Source: a virus | Reading direction: 5' to 3' (one strand) | Virus record (IMG/VR): IMGVR_UViG_3300046779_001269 | Coordinates: 64,001-128,000 of that record | Length of the DNA: 64,000 nt | Shown here: positions 18,958 to 30,700 of the stretch, piece after piece | Layout of the letters: each line of letters begins with the position of its first letter | Numbering within the stretch: position 1 is the first letter of the stretch | Program-made: the position numbers and the translations under genes | The notes under the pieces: model-generated | What the model was told of the DNA's origin: nothing | What the model saw: only the letters and a program-made list of their open reading frames with translations | Database searches by the model: none

Positions 18958-19890
18958 TTAGAGGTATTGAACAACCAAAAATCCTGGACCGCCTTTACCT
19001 GTGTTTGTGCTCATATATGGACCACTGCCGCCACCACCAGCACCAAATGCATTGTCAATAGGAAATAATGCCGCACACTTTATACCGCCACCAGCACCAC
19101 CGCCGCCGCCGAGCCAAACACCGGTTCCGGTTTGACTACCACCATATGCATATAAAGCATGTGAACCTGCTGATTGTACTGCACCGCCATTACCACCAGT
19201 TTGGCCAGTGAATGAAACGGCTATGCCACCCATTGTTGTTGTAAGTGCTGCTGTGGAAGATCCTCCAGCACCACCGGTTCCACCATTGGTCACAGGTGAG
19301 TTATCACCATAACCACCACCACCGCCACCACCACAACAACCACCAACTGCACCACCTGGTGATCCATTACTATATCGTCCACCACCGGCACCACCGGCAC
19401 CACCAGCTGAACTTCCGTATGAACCAATTACTCCACCGGCACCACCAGTTGCTCCAGAAGCACTGGCACCTTCTGCTAGTGTAAAAACGGTTGAACCACC
19501 CAAAGTAACTGTTGTTACTTGACCATAAGAACCGACTGTATAAGCATATGTTTGTCCTGGTGTTACCGATAATGGGTATCCGTTTATCTGACTTGCACCG
19601 CCGCCACCACCGCCACCACCGTTAAGTGCTGAGACACCTGAAATTGCTCCATCGCCGCCACCGGCACAACCGTATAATTTTATTGATGTGCAACCTGCTG
19701 GAATAACAAATGTTCCTGTTGTTGCTGTTCCTAAAACATTTCCAACAACAGTTGTTGGTGGTAGACCATATGTCCAATCACCCAATTGTGTGCCATACAT
19801 TATATAATTTCTATCATATATGCCAGGTTTGGAGGTGCTACTTGTGGGTTGATAACCCTTACCAATAAAACTTCCGTTTATTCTGGCCAT
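18958..19890 (-). CDS. Glycine-rich putative adhesin (cassette 4 head)
   Basis: TFVIPAG...GGGG...VTPGQTY...VG, many GGxGG runs, ends GGPGFLVVQY; N-term RINGSFIG. Confidence 0.72.
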   Translation of the reverse strand: MARINGSFIGKGYQPTSSTSKPGIYDRNYIMYGTQLGDWTYGLPPTTVVGNVLGTATTGTFVIPAGCTSIKLYGCAGGGDGAISGVSALNGGGGGGGGASQINGYPLSVTPGQTYAYTVGSYGQVTTVTLGGSTVFTLAEGASASGATGGAGGVIGSYGSSAGGAGGAGGGRYSNGSPGGAVGGCCGGGGGGGYGDNSPVTNGGTGGAGGSSTAALTTTMGGIAVSFTGQTGGNGGAVQSAGSHALYAYGGSQTGTGVWLGGGGGAGGGIKCAALFPIDNAFGAGGGGSGPYMSTNTGKGGPGFLVVQYL

Positions 19891-20246
19891 TACACAATTT
19901 CCTCATATGAACACACAGCTTCCAATTTTGAATTAACACTTGCTGTCAATCTTAGACTATCACCTTCTTCCAAATAAAAACTTCTGTTGGAAAATACATC
20001 GAATGAAGCATTAGATGGAATAGAAACATTATTTGCGATTCGATATGGTGTGGTATTTCTATAAATGTCAACGTTTGTAGATACTGTGTTTGAAGTATCT
20101 AGATTTGAAATGATTAACAAATTTACTTTTAAACATTTTCCACTTGCTGCAGAATTACTTAAAATTGTGTTTGCGGTTGTGGTTACAGGAAGAACTGATG
20201 TTCTTCCATTAATTGTATTTGCATTTATTAAATTTGGTGCTGCCAT
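19890..20246 (-). CDS. Small beta-rich adaptor-like protein (cassette 4, class A)
   Basis: Paralog of 33512-33874 and 37990-38358 (APN...TI.G.T, K.N...SN, YLEEGD.L, SYE.I). Confidence 0.75.
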   Translation of the reverse strand: MAAPNLINANTINGRTSVLPVTTTANTILSNSAASGKCLKVNLLIISNLDTSNTVSTNVDIYRNTTPYRIANNVSIPSNASFDVFSNRSFYLEEGDSLRLTASVNSKLEAVCSYEEIV

Positions 20247-20247
20247 A

Positions 20248-20742
20248 TTAACCTCCGAAAACTAATGAATAACCACCAGCAATTTTTTTGACTGTTGTGG
20301 TGTTGGTGCCACCGGCACCTGTGTTTGCTGCTGTGAACGCTGCGTTCGCTAGAACCAACGATGTGTTTGCTTGATTGAATGCTGTATTCGCTTTATTGTG
20401 TGCATCACCAATATTGTTTGTGACCGTTGTGGCAAAGTTTGCGTCATTGCCTAAAGCTGTTGCCAGTTCATTTAATGTGTCTAATGTTGTTGGTGCAGCA
20501 TTGACCAAGTTAGATATTTGTGTACCAACATAAGTTTGTGTCGCATAGTTGTATGTCGCATGATTTCCCCATGCATATGTGGTATTTGCTTGAATGAAAG
20601 CGGCTTGTGCCAAGTTGTTGGCTGCACTTGTATAATTAAATATATTGACACCAGAAACCACAACCGTGTTGGCCGTTAATTGGTCAACGGAGTAATCTAA
20701 TGTCTGGTCTATTCCTGATGGTTGTATTTTAGTTAGTGCCAT
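20248..20742 (-). CDS. Short fibre/stalk protein (cassette 4)
   Basis: MALTKIQP N-term, APTTLDTLNELATALGNDANFATT tail-fibre motif, C-term YSLVFGG. Confidence 0.75.
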   Translation of the reverse strand: MALTKIQPSGIDQTLDYSVDQLTANTVVVSGVNIFNYTSAANNLAQAAFIQANTTYAWGNHATYNYATQTYVGTQISNLVNAAPTTLDTLNELATALGNDANFATTVTNNIGDAHNKANTAFNQANTSLVLANAAFTAANTGAGGTNTTTVKKIAGGYSLVFGG

Positions 20743-20760
20743 TTTTTTCTTTTTTTATAC

Positions 20761-20768
20761 TATTTATT
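20761..20768 (-). promoter_or_regulatory. Late promoter variant (AATAAATA) heading cassette 4
   Basis: Overlaps the stop codon of the 2145-aa gene. Confidence 0.55.
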
Positions 20769-23700
20769 TGGATGTGTATGCTGTTGTTGGTGCAGTATTG
20801 GCAGTTCTTGCATTACCTTTTGTGACACGCAAATCAGCAATATAACCGTTCATTGCAGTGTATGCTGTACCAGTATAACCTACACCAATTGTGGCTGTTG
20901 GTGCATAATTGGTTGTATCAGAAACACCTGCACCTTGTTGTACACCGTCAAAATACATGTAAGTGACACCAGATACTCGTCTTATCATAAAGTGGTGCCA
21001 TGCGTTATCCAAATAACCACTTAGTGAACGAGACATTAAGTTTGCTGTGTTATAACTGGTTACCCAATACAAAGAACTTCCAGTTGCAGCTATTTGCCAA
21101 CTTGCACCTGTGTTACCAATAACAAGAAATGCTGTTGCTGTTGTTTTCATCCAGAATTCAACACAGAAATCTGAATTGCCAAAGTTCAAAGATTGATTAT
21201 TCACTGCAGCCATCAAATAGTCACCAGTACCATCAAAATATAAACTCTTGCCGGTGTTTTGACGGAATGGATTGAAACTAACCACCGATGCATTACCGTT
21301 TCTAGTTAGGGTAAAGTTGTTGATACTATTATCTCTATACTTGTTTGACTGACATGTTAATAGTTGTGTGCCAGAGACGGCAGTTAATGGACTTGTGGGT
21401 CCACCAACAGGAGGAACAATTGCAGTTCCTTTAACTACTCGCACATTACTCATGTATCCATTGACCGCAAAAGCACCAACTGAGTTGCCGGCGGGTGCTT
21501 TACCTGTTGCACCTATACCTGCCTGATCCGTTGTATTAAAGTTTACTGAACTTGTAGTAGTACCACGTGACACACCATCACGATATAATGTTACTGTTGT
21601 ACCACTTCGAACTAATGCATAATGATACCATTGACCAATTACTGCTCCAGTTGATTCAGTAATTGCTGCCGATCCACTTAAATAAACTATTAATGCTCCG
21701 TTACCATTACCTGTCTGTAATAGTATATCGCCTGCGGCTGTATAACCTTTACTGAATGGTGTTTGATATCCTGTGATTGAATTATAATTTATCCAAAACT
21801 CAATTGTAAAATCACCAGAACCCATTTGCAAACCTGCATTATCAGGCACAGTCAAATAATCTCCAGTGCCATCAAAATAGTTACTATAATAATTTTCTTC
21901 GTAGGGATTTTCACTTGATAATGTTACATTACCTAGAGTTTCAAAGTTCACAGATGAGTGAGCATCAATAATACCAGCAGAAGTACCAGTTAATAATAAA
22001 GATGATGATGTTGTATTTGCACCAATTATAGTTGTTGGTGTAAGAGGTGACACTGGTGGATAAAAGTTTGATGTATAAAGAGCTGCACCTTTTGTGATTT
22101 TAATATCTGATAAGTATCCATTAAAAGCTTCAGCACCATTATTTGAACTGCCACCTATACCAAAAATATTAGAAGTTATAGAAGTTGTGTAGTTTACAAT
22201 TGCTGTACCGACTTTATTTCCGTTAAGATATGCTTGAATGGTGTTGCTATTATCTACATTCTTAACTAAAGCAAAATGATACCAACGATTAGCTAACATA
22301 CCAGAAACTCCTATGTTGCTTCCGCCAGTGACATAGAATTCGAAATTGCCGCTGTTCAATCGTAAGAGCATAGATGTGCCGGCGCCACCGTTCCATCCAT
22401 CAATAATACCTCTTGTTAAACTCACTTCTTTGGCATAAAACCAACCTTCAATAGTCCAACTATATCCAGTTCCGGAAATATTCGCTGATGCTGGACAAAC
22501 TAAGTAGTCTGCCGTACCATCAAAGTACATAGAACCACCATTCACACTTGGTGTATATGATACTTGTGTTGTAGTTGTTTGACCAAATGGATTGAATGGT
22601 CTAGGTTTCACATCACCAGTTACAGTTAATGCATGGTAATTTGTACTGTTATCAACTAAAGTGGATGATTGACAGGTTAATAATTGTGTGTTTGCAATTG
22701 CTGTCAATGGACTTGTTGGTGGAGTAAAGATGGTTGATCCTGTAGTGGTACTACTGGTTGAGTACACAACACTTCCATCAACAAATCTAAAATTACTAAT
22801 ATATCCAGTGGTGTATCTGGTATTTCTTGGATCATATCCTAAGTAAAACAGATATGATGCCGTGCTCATTGCAGAACCTGCTTGATAAGCATCCAATTTA
22901 CCATCAACAAATAATCTATAATTTGTACCATCATATGTTATTGCAATATGATGCCACAAACCATTATTGATAATGGTCGTACCATTAAGTTGAACTCCGC
23001 CAGTACCGTTTAAGAACTGAAGTACACCTGAGGTTGTACCTGTCATGTATAAGTCCCAAATTGATGTGACACTCCATGATGCACCGTTACCACGATGTAC
23101 AAAAGTTTGATATTGTGTGGTACTTGTTGTGTTTAACCAGAACTCCATCGTCCATGTTGCCAAAGTTGATGTGAATGTTGGAGTTGTTAAATAATCTCCA
23201 TTACCATCAAAGTAATTACTATAACTTGCTGGTAAACTTGTCACACCACTGAATGGACTAAAGGCTTGTATTAATGGTGTGCCTGATGTTGTTACTGATA
23301 CCGCATTAACAGATTTGTCAATGAATCTATTGTCTTGACAGGTTAACAATACAGTATTTGCAACCGGTGCTAAAGGTGAAGTGGGAACAGTAATTGATGT
23401 TCCGGAATATAAACCAGTACCTGCAATTGTTCTTAGGTTGGAAATGTAACCTGGGAAATAACGAGTGCTTGAACCATCATTTTCACGAGCAATTGTGATA
23501 CTGCCGGCAGGATAGTTGTTACTGTCCGTGTATGTTGATCCAACTTGAACACCATCAATGTACATTCTGGTTGATCCACTAACTCTGGAAACAGCAATAT
23601 GTTGCCATTGATTCAATTTAACTGCTGCGGAACCCGAAGATATTCTGTTGGCAGCAGTCACATACCATGCATATCCACTTGATGATGTTAGTTCAACAAC

Positions 23701-26700
23701 TGGTTGTACTACACCAGCACCGTTTGTTCCGTTGCGTTGGTCATATACACCAGCAGTCGTTGGTACTGCTGTGCCTGTAAGGTAAACCCAACATTCGAAA
23801 GTGAAATTACCAGACCCTAATGCTAATGCTGAGTTGTTGTCTATACTTAACCAATCACCTGTTCCATTAAAGAAATTACTCCAACCAGTCTGACTGTATG
23901 GACTAAATGTACCTTGTGTTGTATTATTATTTCTGGTGATAGTATTATTGTAATTTGATTGATCCACAATACCATTGTTTTGAACACCACCATTATATTG
24001 ACAAGTTAACAATTGTGTGTTTGCTACTGCTGTTAGTGGTGCTTGCGCCGGCAAGAAGTTTGCGGTGTATAGTGCGGTGCCTTTTATGATACGTGCATCC
24101 GATATGTAACCATTTACGAATTGGGCACTAGGAGCGTTTAGATATCCAATCCAATAGTTTGAACCCGTCATTAAAGTGCCAGATAAAGTTTGTGTTGCAC
24201 CTTGTTGTACACCATTCAAAAATACACGAACAGAATTTCCTGACCTAGTTAACGCTAAATGTTGCCAAGTATTCAATGTCAATGTACCAATACCAGATGA
24301 AATATTTAATGCCCAGGAATTTCCAGCAGTAGACATAAGCAACGATATTGCTCCCGCACTTTCATATCCAAATCTAACCGATGCATAATATGAAGCATTT
24401 GTGTCTAGTGCAAACACGGGGTTTCCGTTTGATACAAATGTCGTTGGATATACCCATGCTTCCAGTGTGAAATCGCTTGATCCTAATTGAATTCCTGCGT
24501 TCGATGGAAGACTTAAATAATCGCCTGTACCATCAAAGTATGCTGAACCTAAACTAGTAACTGTTGTGTTACTAGTTGTCATTGTAAATGGACTTAATGC
24601 AACTGGCTGTGCTTGTCCAAAACTTGTGATTGTAAAGTTGTTTGTTGAATTATCTTTAGTTGTTGAACTTTGGCAGGTCAACAATGAAGTGTTTGTTATT
24701 GTGGTTAATGAACTTGTTGGTGCAGTAAACGATGATGTATATAATGCAGTGCCTTTTAGTACACGCAAATTTGATATTAGACCGGTATAGTGAGCAGATG
24801 CTCCATTCAAACCAATGTAATTTGTAGCACTAGAATCACCATATACTGTGCTATTAGTTGCTGATCCAACCGATACTCCATTAAAAAACATTGTTAGTGA
24901 TGTTCCGGATCTAGTAACAGCAACATGCGTCCATTGATTTAATGGAACCGCAGATGAAGAAGTGATTGCTACAGTACCATAGTTTGAAAACGTAATAAAG
25001 TTGGATGTAGAAAACGACAAATACCAACCGTTAGGACTACTTGAATTACAAATAATAGAACCAAATTGTGTTACTGTTGATGGAGTATAAATCCATGCTT
25101 CAATTGTGAAATCACCACTTCCGAAAGCCATAGATGCTGAAGCTGGAATAGTAAGATAATCACCAGTACCATCAAAATAAGTACTATACAATGTATTGTA
25201 TGCTGCTGTGGTTGGTGTAACAAATGGATGAGAAGCGTTAGTGACAGGCGTTCCTGAAACAGTAGGAATAAATCTATTATTAGAAGAATCAACAGTGTGA
25301 GAATTGTTTTGGAATAATAGTAAGGAAACTGTGCCTGTTAAAGATGAAGCGGCTCCTGATCCTGTAGAACCTACACTGTAAGTTGTAAGTGGAGTTGTAC
25401 TTGGTGTGAATGTACCAGAGTAAAGTGCTTGACCTTTCGTGACTCTGAAATTACTTATAGAACCATAGAAACGGAAACTGTCACTAGCGTTCTTTGAGGG
25501 TGCACCAATATCAACAGTAGCAGCATCGTTATTGTTAAATGATAATGTATCAGATGCTGCCAGAGTGCCGTTAATAAAAATCCTACGAGTAGTTCCACTT
25601 CGTACAAAAGCAATATGCGTATATTGCTGGTCAGAAATGGTGACTGCCGCAGCAACGTCTGTTTGTCCGTTTGACCTGAATCTAGCACCACCAGTACCTA
25701 CAAAAAGCGCTAAACCTCCAGCAGAGTTGACACCCTGTATGTAAACAGTTCGTTCATTTCCACTACCTGTTGGTATAAACCATCCTTCGATTGTGAAGTC
25801 ACTTGTACCCATTCTGAGTGCATTATTATCAGCAAATGTCAGACAGTGTGCGCCGGTTGTGCCAGTAACCATGCCATAATATCCATTATCATAAGGACTA
25901 AAATTACTTGGTTTAACATCACCAGCAATAGTCAAAGTACTATTTCTTAAACTTGCATCATTGATGAATGTGTTTGTTGATGGTGTAGTTGCATTTAACA
26001 ATAATGTTGTTTGTTTCCACAAAGGATCACCCAAAGAGATTGACCAACTGATTGTTCTGGTTGCACTTCTATTTGTTGTTGCAGCTGTAGCAGTCAACAA
26101 TGTTGTAACTGTCTGTGCTGCATCTGGTGTTCCGAAAATTGTAGAACCACTCAAAGATAGTCCAGAGGGCAACGCATTCGCTGTGTAACTAATCGTTCTA
26201 CCTGCAGCACTTGTTGCTGCTAGTGATACATTGGATATTGGAGAACCACCAGTCAACAAATAAGAAGTTGCATCTGCTGGTGAACTCCAAGTAACCACAT
26301 CTTGGTTGACATTGAATACAATATCTCTTACAGCACTTCTTCCTGTGGTGTTGGCTGTTGCAGTTAGTCTTGTGAAAGTATTTCCGACAGTATTGTTTGT
26401 GCCGGAAATTGTATTACCGGACAGTGTTATTCCTGATGGTAATGTATTGGCAGAATATTGAACATCGTAACCTGTTGCAGCAGTAGCCAATAATGTTACA
26501 TTTGAAATCGGTGCATATTCATATGCGGTTATTACTTGACTATCTGAAGGTGTACTCCAAGTAACCACATCCACATTGATTGTTAGACTGAAGGATCTAG
26601 TTACATCTTGGTTCTGAGCGTCTGAAGCCTTGATTGTGAAAGCATATGTTGTACTTGATGGTTCAACTGCTGCTGTACCTGATAAAGTACCATCAGATGA

Positions 26701-27201
26701 AAGTGTTGTTCCGTCTGGTAAAGAACCAGAAAATAAACTGTATGTGATAGGTGCATCACCTGTGGCAACAACAGATGCACTGATTGGTTTAGTTTCATAC
26801 ACAGTACCTAAAGTACCAGAAGATGTTGACCATGATGGACCAGAAGATACACTCAAGTTCAAATAGATTGCACCACCATCATCCGGATTAAACAACATAA
26901 TGTTGTATGAACCAACTGTTGTTGCTGGTGTTTGTATTCTTACTTCAGAACTTGATATGAATGTGGCTGTTATTGACTGATTGTTAAAATAGACTGTACA
27001 TCCAGATACAAAACCTGAACCAATTAATTTAACATAACTACCAGCAGTATCAAGTGCAGTATCATCTAAGTTATTAAAATTACTATCACAAATCACAATA
27101 GAACTAATTACAGGTGCAGCTGTGCCACCACCAGTTAAATTGGTGCTATTGAAAAAAGATTTGTTTGTGTAGGTTTGTTTATTTAACGACTTGATACTCA
27201 T
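20764..27201 (-). CDS. Giant multi-LamG (concanavalin A-like) adhesin with N-terminal IPT/Ig-like domains (cassette 3 head)
   Basis: About 8 units of S.YFDG.GDYL...DFT.E.W...W.H.A..R.G.....F.NG...GY.SN.R..KG.A.Y; N-terminal LP.G.TLS..G..SGT Ig-like repeats. Confidence 0.85.
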   Translation of the reverse strand: MSIKSLNKQTYTNKSFFNSTNLTGGGTAAPVISSIVICDSNFNNLDDTALDTAGSYVKLIGSGFVSGCTVYFNNQSITATFISSSEVRIQTPATTVGSYNIMLFNPDDGGAIYLNLSVSSGPSWSTSSGTLGTVYETKPISASVVATGDAPITYSLFSGSLPDGTTLSSDGTLSGTAAVEPSSTTYAFTIKASDAQNQDVTRSFSLTINVDVVTWSTPSDSQVITAYEYAPISNVTLLATAATGYDVQYSANTLPSGITLSGNTISGTNNTVGNTFTRLTATANTTGRSAVRDIVFNVNQDVVTWSSPADATSYLLTGGSPISNVSLAATSAAGRTISYTANALPSGLSLSGSTIFGTPDAAQTVTTLLTATAATTNRSATRTISWSISLGDPLWKQTTLLLNATTPSTNTFINDASLRNSTLTIAGDVKPSNFSPYDNGYYGMVTGTTGAHCLTFADNNALRMGTSDFTIEGWFIPTGSGNERTVYIQGVNSAGGLALFVGTGGARFRSNGQTDVAAAVTISDQQYTHIAFVRSGTTRRIFINGTLAASDTLSFNNNDAATVDIGAPSKNASDSFRFYGSISNFRVTKGQALYSGTFTPSTTPLTTYSVGSTGSGAASSLTGTVSLLLFQNNSHTVDSSNNRFIPTVSGTPVTNASHPFVTPTTAAYNTLYSTYFDGTGDYLTIPASASMAFGSGDFTIEAWIYTPSTVTQFGSIICNSSSPNGWYLSFSTSNFITFSNYGTVAITSSSAVPLNQWTHVAVTRSGTSLTMFFNGVSVGSATNSTVYGDSSATNYIGLNGASAHYTGLISNLRVLKGTALYTSSFTAPTSSLTTITNTSLLTCQSSTTKDNSTNNFTITSFGQAQPVALSPFTMTTSNTTVTSLGSAYFDGTGDYLSLPSNAGIQLGSSDFTLEAWVYPTTFVSNGNPVFALDTNASYYASVRFGYESAGAISLLMSTAGNSWALNISSGIGTLTLNTWQHLALTRSGNSVRVFLNGVQQGATQTLSGTLMTGSNYWIGYLNAPSAQFVNGYISDARIIKGTALYTANFLPAQAPLTAVANTQLLTCQYNGGVQNNGIVDQSNYNNTITRNNNTTQGTFSPYSQTGWSNFFNGTGDWLSIDNNSALALGSGNFTFECWVYLTGTAVPTTAGVYDQRNGTNGAGVVQPVVELTSSSGYAWYVTAANRISSGSAAVKLNQWQHIAVSRVSGSTRMYIDGVQVGSTYTDSNNYPAGSITIARENDGSSTRYFPGYISNLRTIAGTGLYSGTSITVPTSPLAPVANTVLLTCQDNRFIDKSVNAVSVTTSGTPLIQAFSPFSGVTSLPASYSNYFDGNGDYLTTPTFTSTLATWTMEFWLNTTSTTQYQTFVHRGNGASWSVTSIWDLYMTGTTSGVLQFLNGTGGVQLNGTTIINNGLWHHIAITYDGTNYRLFVDGKLDAYQAGSAMSTASYLFYLGYDPRNTRYTTGYISNFRFVDGSVVYSTSSTTTGSTIFTPPTSPLTAIANTQLLTCQSSTLVDNSTNYHALTVTGDVKPRPFNPFGQTTTTQVSYTPSVNGGSMYFDGTADYLVCPASANISGTGYSWTIEGWFYAKEVSLTRGIIDGWNGGAGTSMLLRLNSGNFEFYVTGGSNIGVSGMLANRWYHFALVKNVDNSNTIQAYLNGNKVGTAIVNYTTSITSNIFGIGGSSNNGAEAFNGYLSDIKITKGAALYTSNFYPPVSPLTPTTIIGANTTSSSLLLTGTSAGIIDAHSSVNFETLGNVTLSSENPYEENYYSNYFDGTGDYLTVPDNAGLQMGSGDFTIEFWINYNSITGYQTPFSKGYTAAGDILLQTGNGNGALIVYLSGSAAITESTGAVIGQWYHYALVRSGTTVTLYRDGVSRGTTTSSVNFNTTDQAGIGATGKAPAGNSVGAFAVNGYMSNVRVVKGTAIVPPVGGPTSPLTAVSGTQLLTCQSNKYRDNSINNFTLTRNGNASVVSFNPFRQNTGKSLYFDGTGDYLMAAVNNQSLNFGNSDFCVEFWMKTTATAFLVIGNTGASWQIAATGSSLYWVTSYNTANLMSRSLSGYLDNAWHHFMIRRVSGVTYMYFDGVQQGAGVSDTTNYAPTATIGVGYTGTAYTAMNGYIADLRVTKGNARTANTAPTTAYTSK
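26351..26410. repeat. 60-bp near-identical repeat shared by the two LamG genes (other copy 32641-32700)
   Basis: One mismatch in 60 nt by manual comparison. Confidence 0.85.
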
Positions 27202-27527
27202 GTGATTTCTGATCCAAAAGCACTAAAACTCATTGTTGCTGTGTTTGCATATACGGTAACAACATCAGTTGCTGCTAAGGTAATACCCATTGTAAGTGCA
27301 ACAGAATCGTTTCCGGATATACCGGTGTTATATGCTATATAGTGCTTCGAGGCCAGAGATTCTCCTGCTGGCCTGATAGCAACTCTAAACTGAGCACCAT
27401 TGGCCGACTGGTTACAAATATTAATCGTACTGATGATTGCCGAATTGGCTGCAGGAACGGTGTAAAGTGTTGTAGGTGTTTCAGATGAAGGAGTTATTTG
27501 ACCTAATACTTTCAATGTGGTAGACAT
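27198..27527 (-). CDS. Small adaptor-like protein (cassette 3, class B)
   Basis: KVLGQ..P.....TLYTVPA....ISTI.ICN...GITLA..DV..V...FSAFGSEI; same size and position as the class A adaptors. Confidence 0.75.
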   Translation of the reverse strand: MSTTLKVLGQITPSSETPTTLYTVPAANSAIISTINICNQSANGAQFRVAIRPAGESLASKHYIAYNTGISGNDSVALTMGITLAATDVVTVYANTATMSFSAFGSEIT

Positions 27528-27530
27528 TTG

Positions 27531-27704
27531 TTACATTCCTGATGTTAGAAAAACGAGTGGATTAAAATCTGAAGCCTTGGTGATGGCAGTGTTTGCTTGT
27601 GTTAGTATGTCAACACCAGAAACCACGACCGTATTGGCCGACAATTGGTCAACTGAGTAGTCCAGTGTTTGGTCAATGTTTGCTGGTTGTAGTTTTGTTG
27701 TCAT
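27531..27704 (-). CDS. 57-aa mini-stalk protein (cassette 3); not in the ORF track
   Basis: MTTKLQPANIDQTLDYSVDQLSANTVVVSGVDILTQANTAITKASDFNPLVFLTSGM*; first ~31 aa nearly identical to the N-terminus of 20248-20742; fills the gap between neighbours. Confidence 0.88.
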   Translation of the reverse strand: MTTKLQPANIDQTLDYSVDQLSANTVVVSGVDILTQANTAITKASDFNPLVFLTSGM

Positions 27705-27719
27705 TTTGCTTTTTTATAT

Positions 27720-27727
27720 TATTTATT
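27720..27727 (-). promoter_or_regulatory. Late promoter variant (AATAAATA) heading cassette 3
   Basis: Overlaps the stop codon of the 1929-aa gene. Confidence 0.55.
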
Positions 27728-30700
27728 TGACTTCAAATGTTGCTGTCGGTCGTGTGAAGTTTGCTGTGTAACGAGCAACACCCTTGGTGATTCTTATATC
27801 CGACAAGTAACCGGTGTGTGCCCCTGTATACTGAACGCCGTTACCTATTGTCAATCTTGTATTAGTTATACTCGCAGTTATTGTTTGATTCGTTCCTACT
27901 TGCGTGCCATTAAGGAATAATCTCACAGTACCACTACTTCGTGTAATCGCAATGTGGTGCCATGTGTTTGTGGCTATGGAAGTTGCAGGGTTATACACTG
28001 TTCCAGCAATAAGCACGGACAGTTCAGAACCACCGAATATGTACGACATGAATGTGTCTGTGCCAGCAGCATTTGTTCCAGTGATGAATCGTTGTGTTCC
28101 ACCTGTTGTTGAGTACATCCAATATTCAACTGTAAAGTCGCCTGTACCGAATGATAGTGCATCAGTTGATGCTGAGTACAACCAATCGGTGCCATCAAAG
28201 TAGTAACTCTGACCTGCTGTTGAATAAGGATATCTTGATTTTGTTACAATAACATCACCAACTGTTTCCAAGTTGTTGCTACCATGCATATCAATAATGC
28301 CACCAGAAGTACCCGATAACAATAATGTTGAAGTTCCTGTGTTTGCACCAATTCTGTATGTTGGTGTTGCTGGTGCCACCGGTGGAACAAAGTTGGCTCT
28401 GTATAAACTAAAACCGTTTATAAGTTGAGCATCACTAATGTAACCATTCAACATAGAAGTCGTGTCGCTTCTTCCACCAATAGTCAATGCTTGTGAACCG
28501 TCATATAATGTGGATGTTGTCAAGTCTGTGGTATATGTTTGAACTCCGTTAGTGAATGCTCTTAACACTCCACTAGTTCTTGTGACTGCGACATGATACC
28601 ATTGACCTGGAGTAACCGTTCCTAAACTGCCTTCGTTCACAACCCAAGAACCACCATTCAAACTCATGTTCAAACGAAGTGTATTACCACTATCAATTCT
28701 TATTAACCAAGGAGCATATGCAGCCCAACCATTAGTCATAATCACTTGTTCAGTGCTTGCAACATTAGTATAGAACCAACACTGAATAGTAAAGTCATTA
28801 GCCTTAAAACCTAATGTTGGATAATTTGCAACAGTTAACTTGTCACCAGTACCATCAAAATATATACTACCGCCGTTAGTAGTAGGTGAATATGATACTT
28901 GTGTTGTAGTTGTTTGACCAAAAGGATTGAATGGTAATGGTTTAGTGTCACCGACAGCAGTTAATGTGAAATAGTTTGTGCTATTATCAATTAGTGTAGA
29001 ATTTTGGCATGTTAATAATAGAGTATTCGTTACTGCTGTCAATGGTGAAGTTGGAGGTGTAAACGCTCCGGTATATAATGCAGTACCTTTAACTATTCTA
29101 AAGTTTGACATATATCCGTTTAGATGATATGAACCGTCCAATCTTCTTCCTATATTCACTGTATTAGTTGAACCAATAGATTCGTTGGTGGTACTTGTAG
29201 CCATCACAACACCATTCTTAAACAATTTAGTTGTTCCTGAACTTCTTGATGCTGCTATGTGAGTCCATTGGTTTATATCTGAGCTAGTGAAAAAGTTGGC
29301 TGTTCCACCACCGAAGATATTATATGCCCAATACAAAGTTCCAGCATCACAAGAGAATTGGTCGGTTGCTCCAGATCCACCAGTGGAATAAATTGACCAA
29401 GTTGTACTTGAACTATATATCCATGCTTCAATTGTATAATCAGCCGCAAGTACAAAATTACTTGATCCCGGAACAGTTAAGTAATCTCCACTACCATCAA
29501 AGTAAACACTATAACTTGTTGGTACACTTGTTATGCCACCAAATGGACTAAAGGCCTGCACAGAAGGTGTTGATACAGGCGTCAATACAATGTTGTTTCG
29601 ACTATCATCAACAAATCTATTGTCTTGACATGTCAACAATACTGTTCCGGTAACAGGTATAAATGGTAAAGTGGGAACACTTATAGACGATCCAGTGTAT
29701 CCAACAGTGTTAGTTGTTCCTCTAACTACTCTCAAGTTACTTAAATAACCATTAAAATAACTACTACCATTGCCAGCTATTCGTAATCTATCATAAGTTG
29801 ATGTTTGAGATGAAAAATTTCTACTAGTAAATGATTGACCTGTGCCATTCACATAAATATCAACAGTATGTGCCCCAGCTGAACCTGTAGCATTGACTAC
29901 AATTGCAATATGTGCCCATTGATTAACTGGTACTACTGCGGTTGTAGTCACACTGTCAACTGACCCTGTACTGGTAGTCCAGGTAAAGAACACTTTACTC
30001 GTAGCTCCGGTGCTTGCTGCACCATTACCTATTTCAACATACCATCTACCGTTTGCAGCTACTGCTGCCCATGTACCTATCACTTCGTTGGTACTACCTG
30101 TGGAACTGGTTGTTTGATAAGCCCAAAATTCTATTGTGGTAAAATTTCCATTGAACCCACCGAATGCTGTCGCAGCAGCGGTTGGTAATGTAAAGTATTG
30201 TGAACTTGTTCCAACAAAATAATTACTCCAACCTGTTTGACTGTATGGACTAAATGTGCCTTGTGATACATTGCCACTTCTAGTGATAATGTTATTGAAA
30301 CTGGATTCGTCTCTGAAACTATTATTGTTGCGTGAGCCGTTAGTTTGTAATGTCAACAACTGTGTGTTGGCTCCTGCTGTCAATGGTCTTGTAAATTCTG
30401 GTACAAAGTTTGATGTATATAATACAGAACCTTTGGTGAATCTAACATCAGAAAGGTAACCTTTGAAGTTACCACTTCCTAATATTAATTTTTTATTTTC
30501 ATTGACGACACCAGTACTTGTACCTGTTGCTACAGAAATGCCATTACGGTAAATAGTGTAATTGTTTCCAGAACGAGTGACACATAAATGCACCCATCGA
30601 CCTGCCGTAATACCACTTGAAAATGGTGTTACAATATCACCTGTTGTTTCGGTTGTTCTAAAATAAAATTCGTTTGAATTCCACAACATTAGATATGGAT

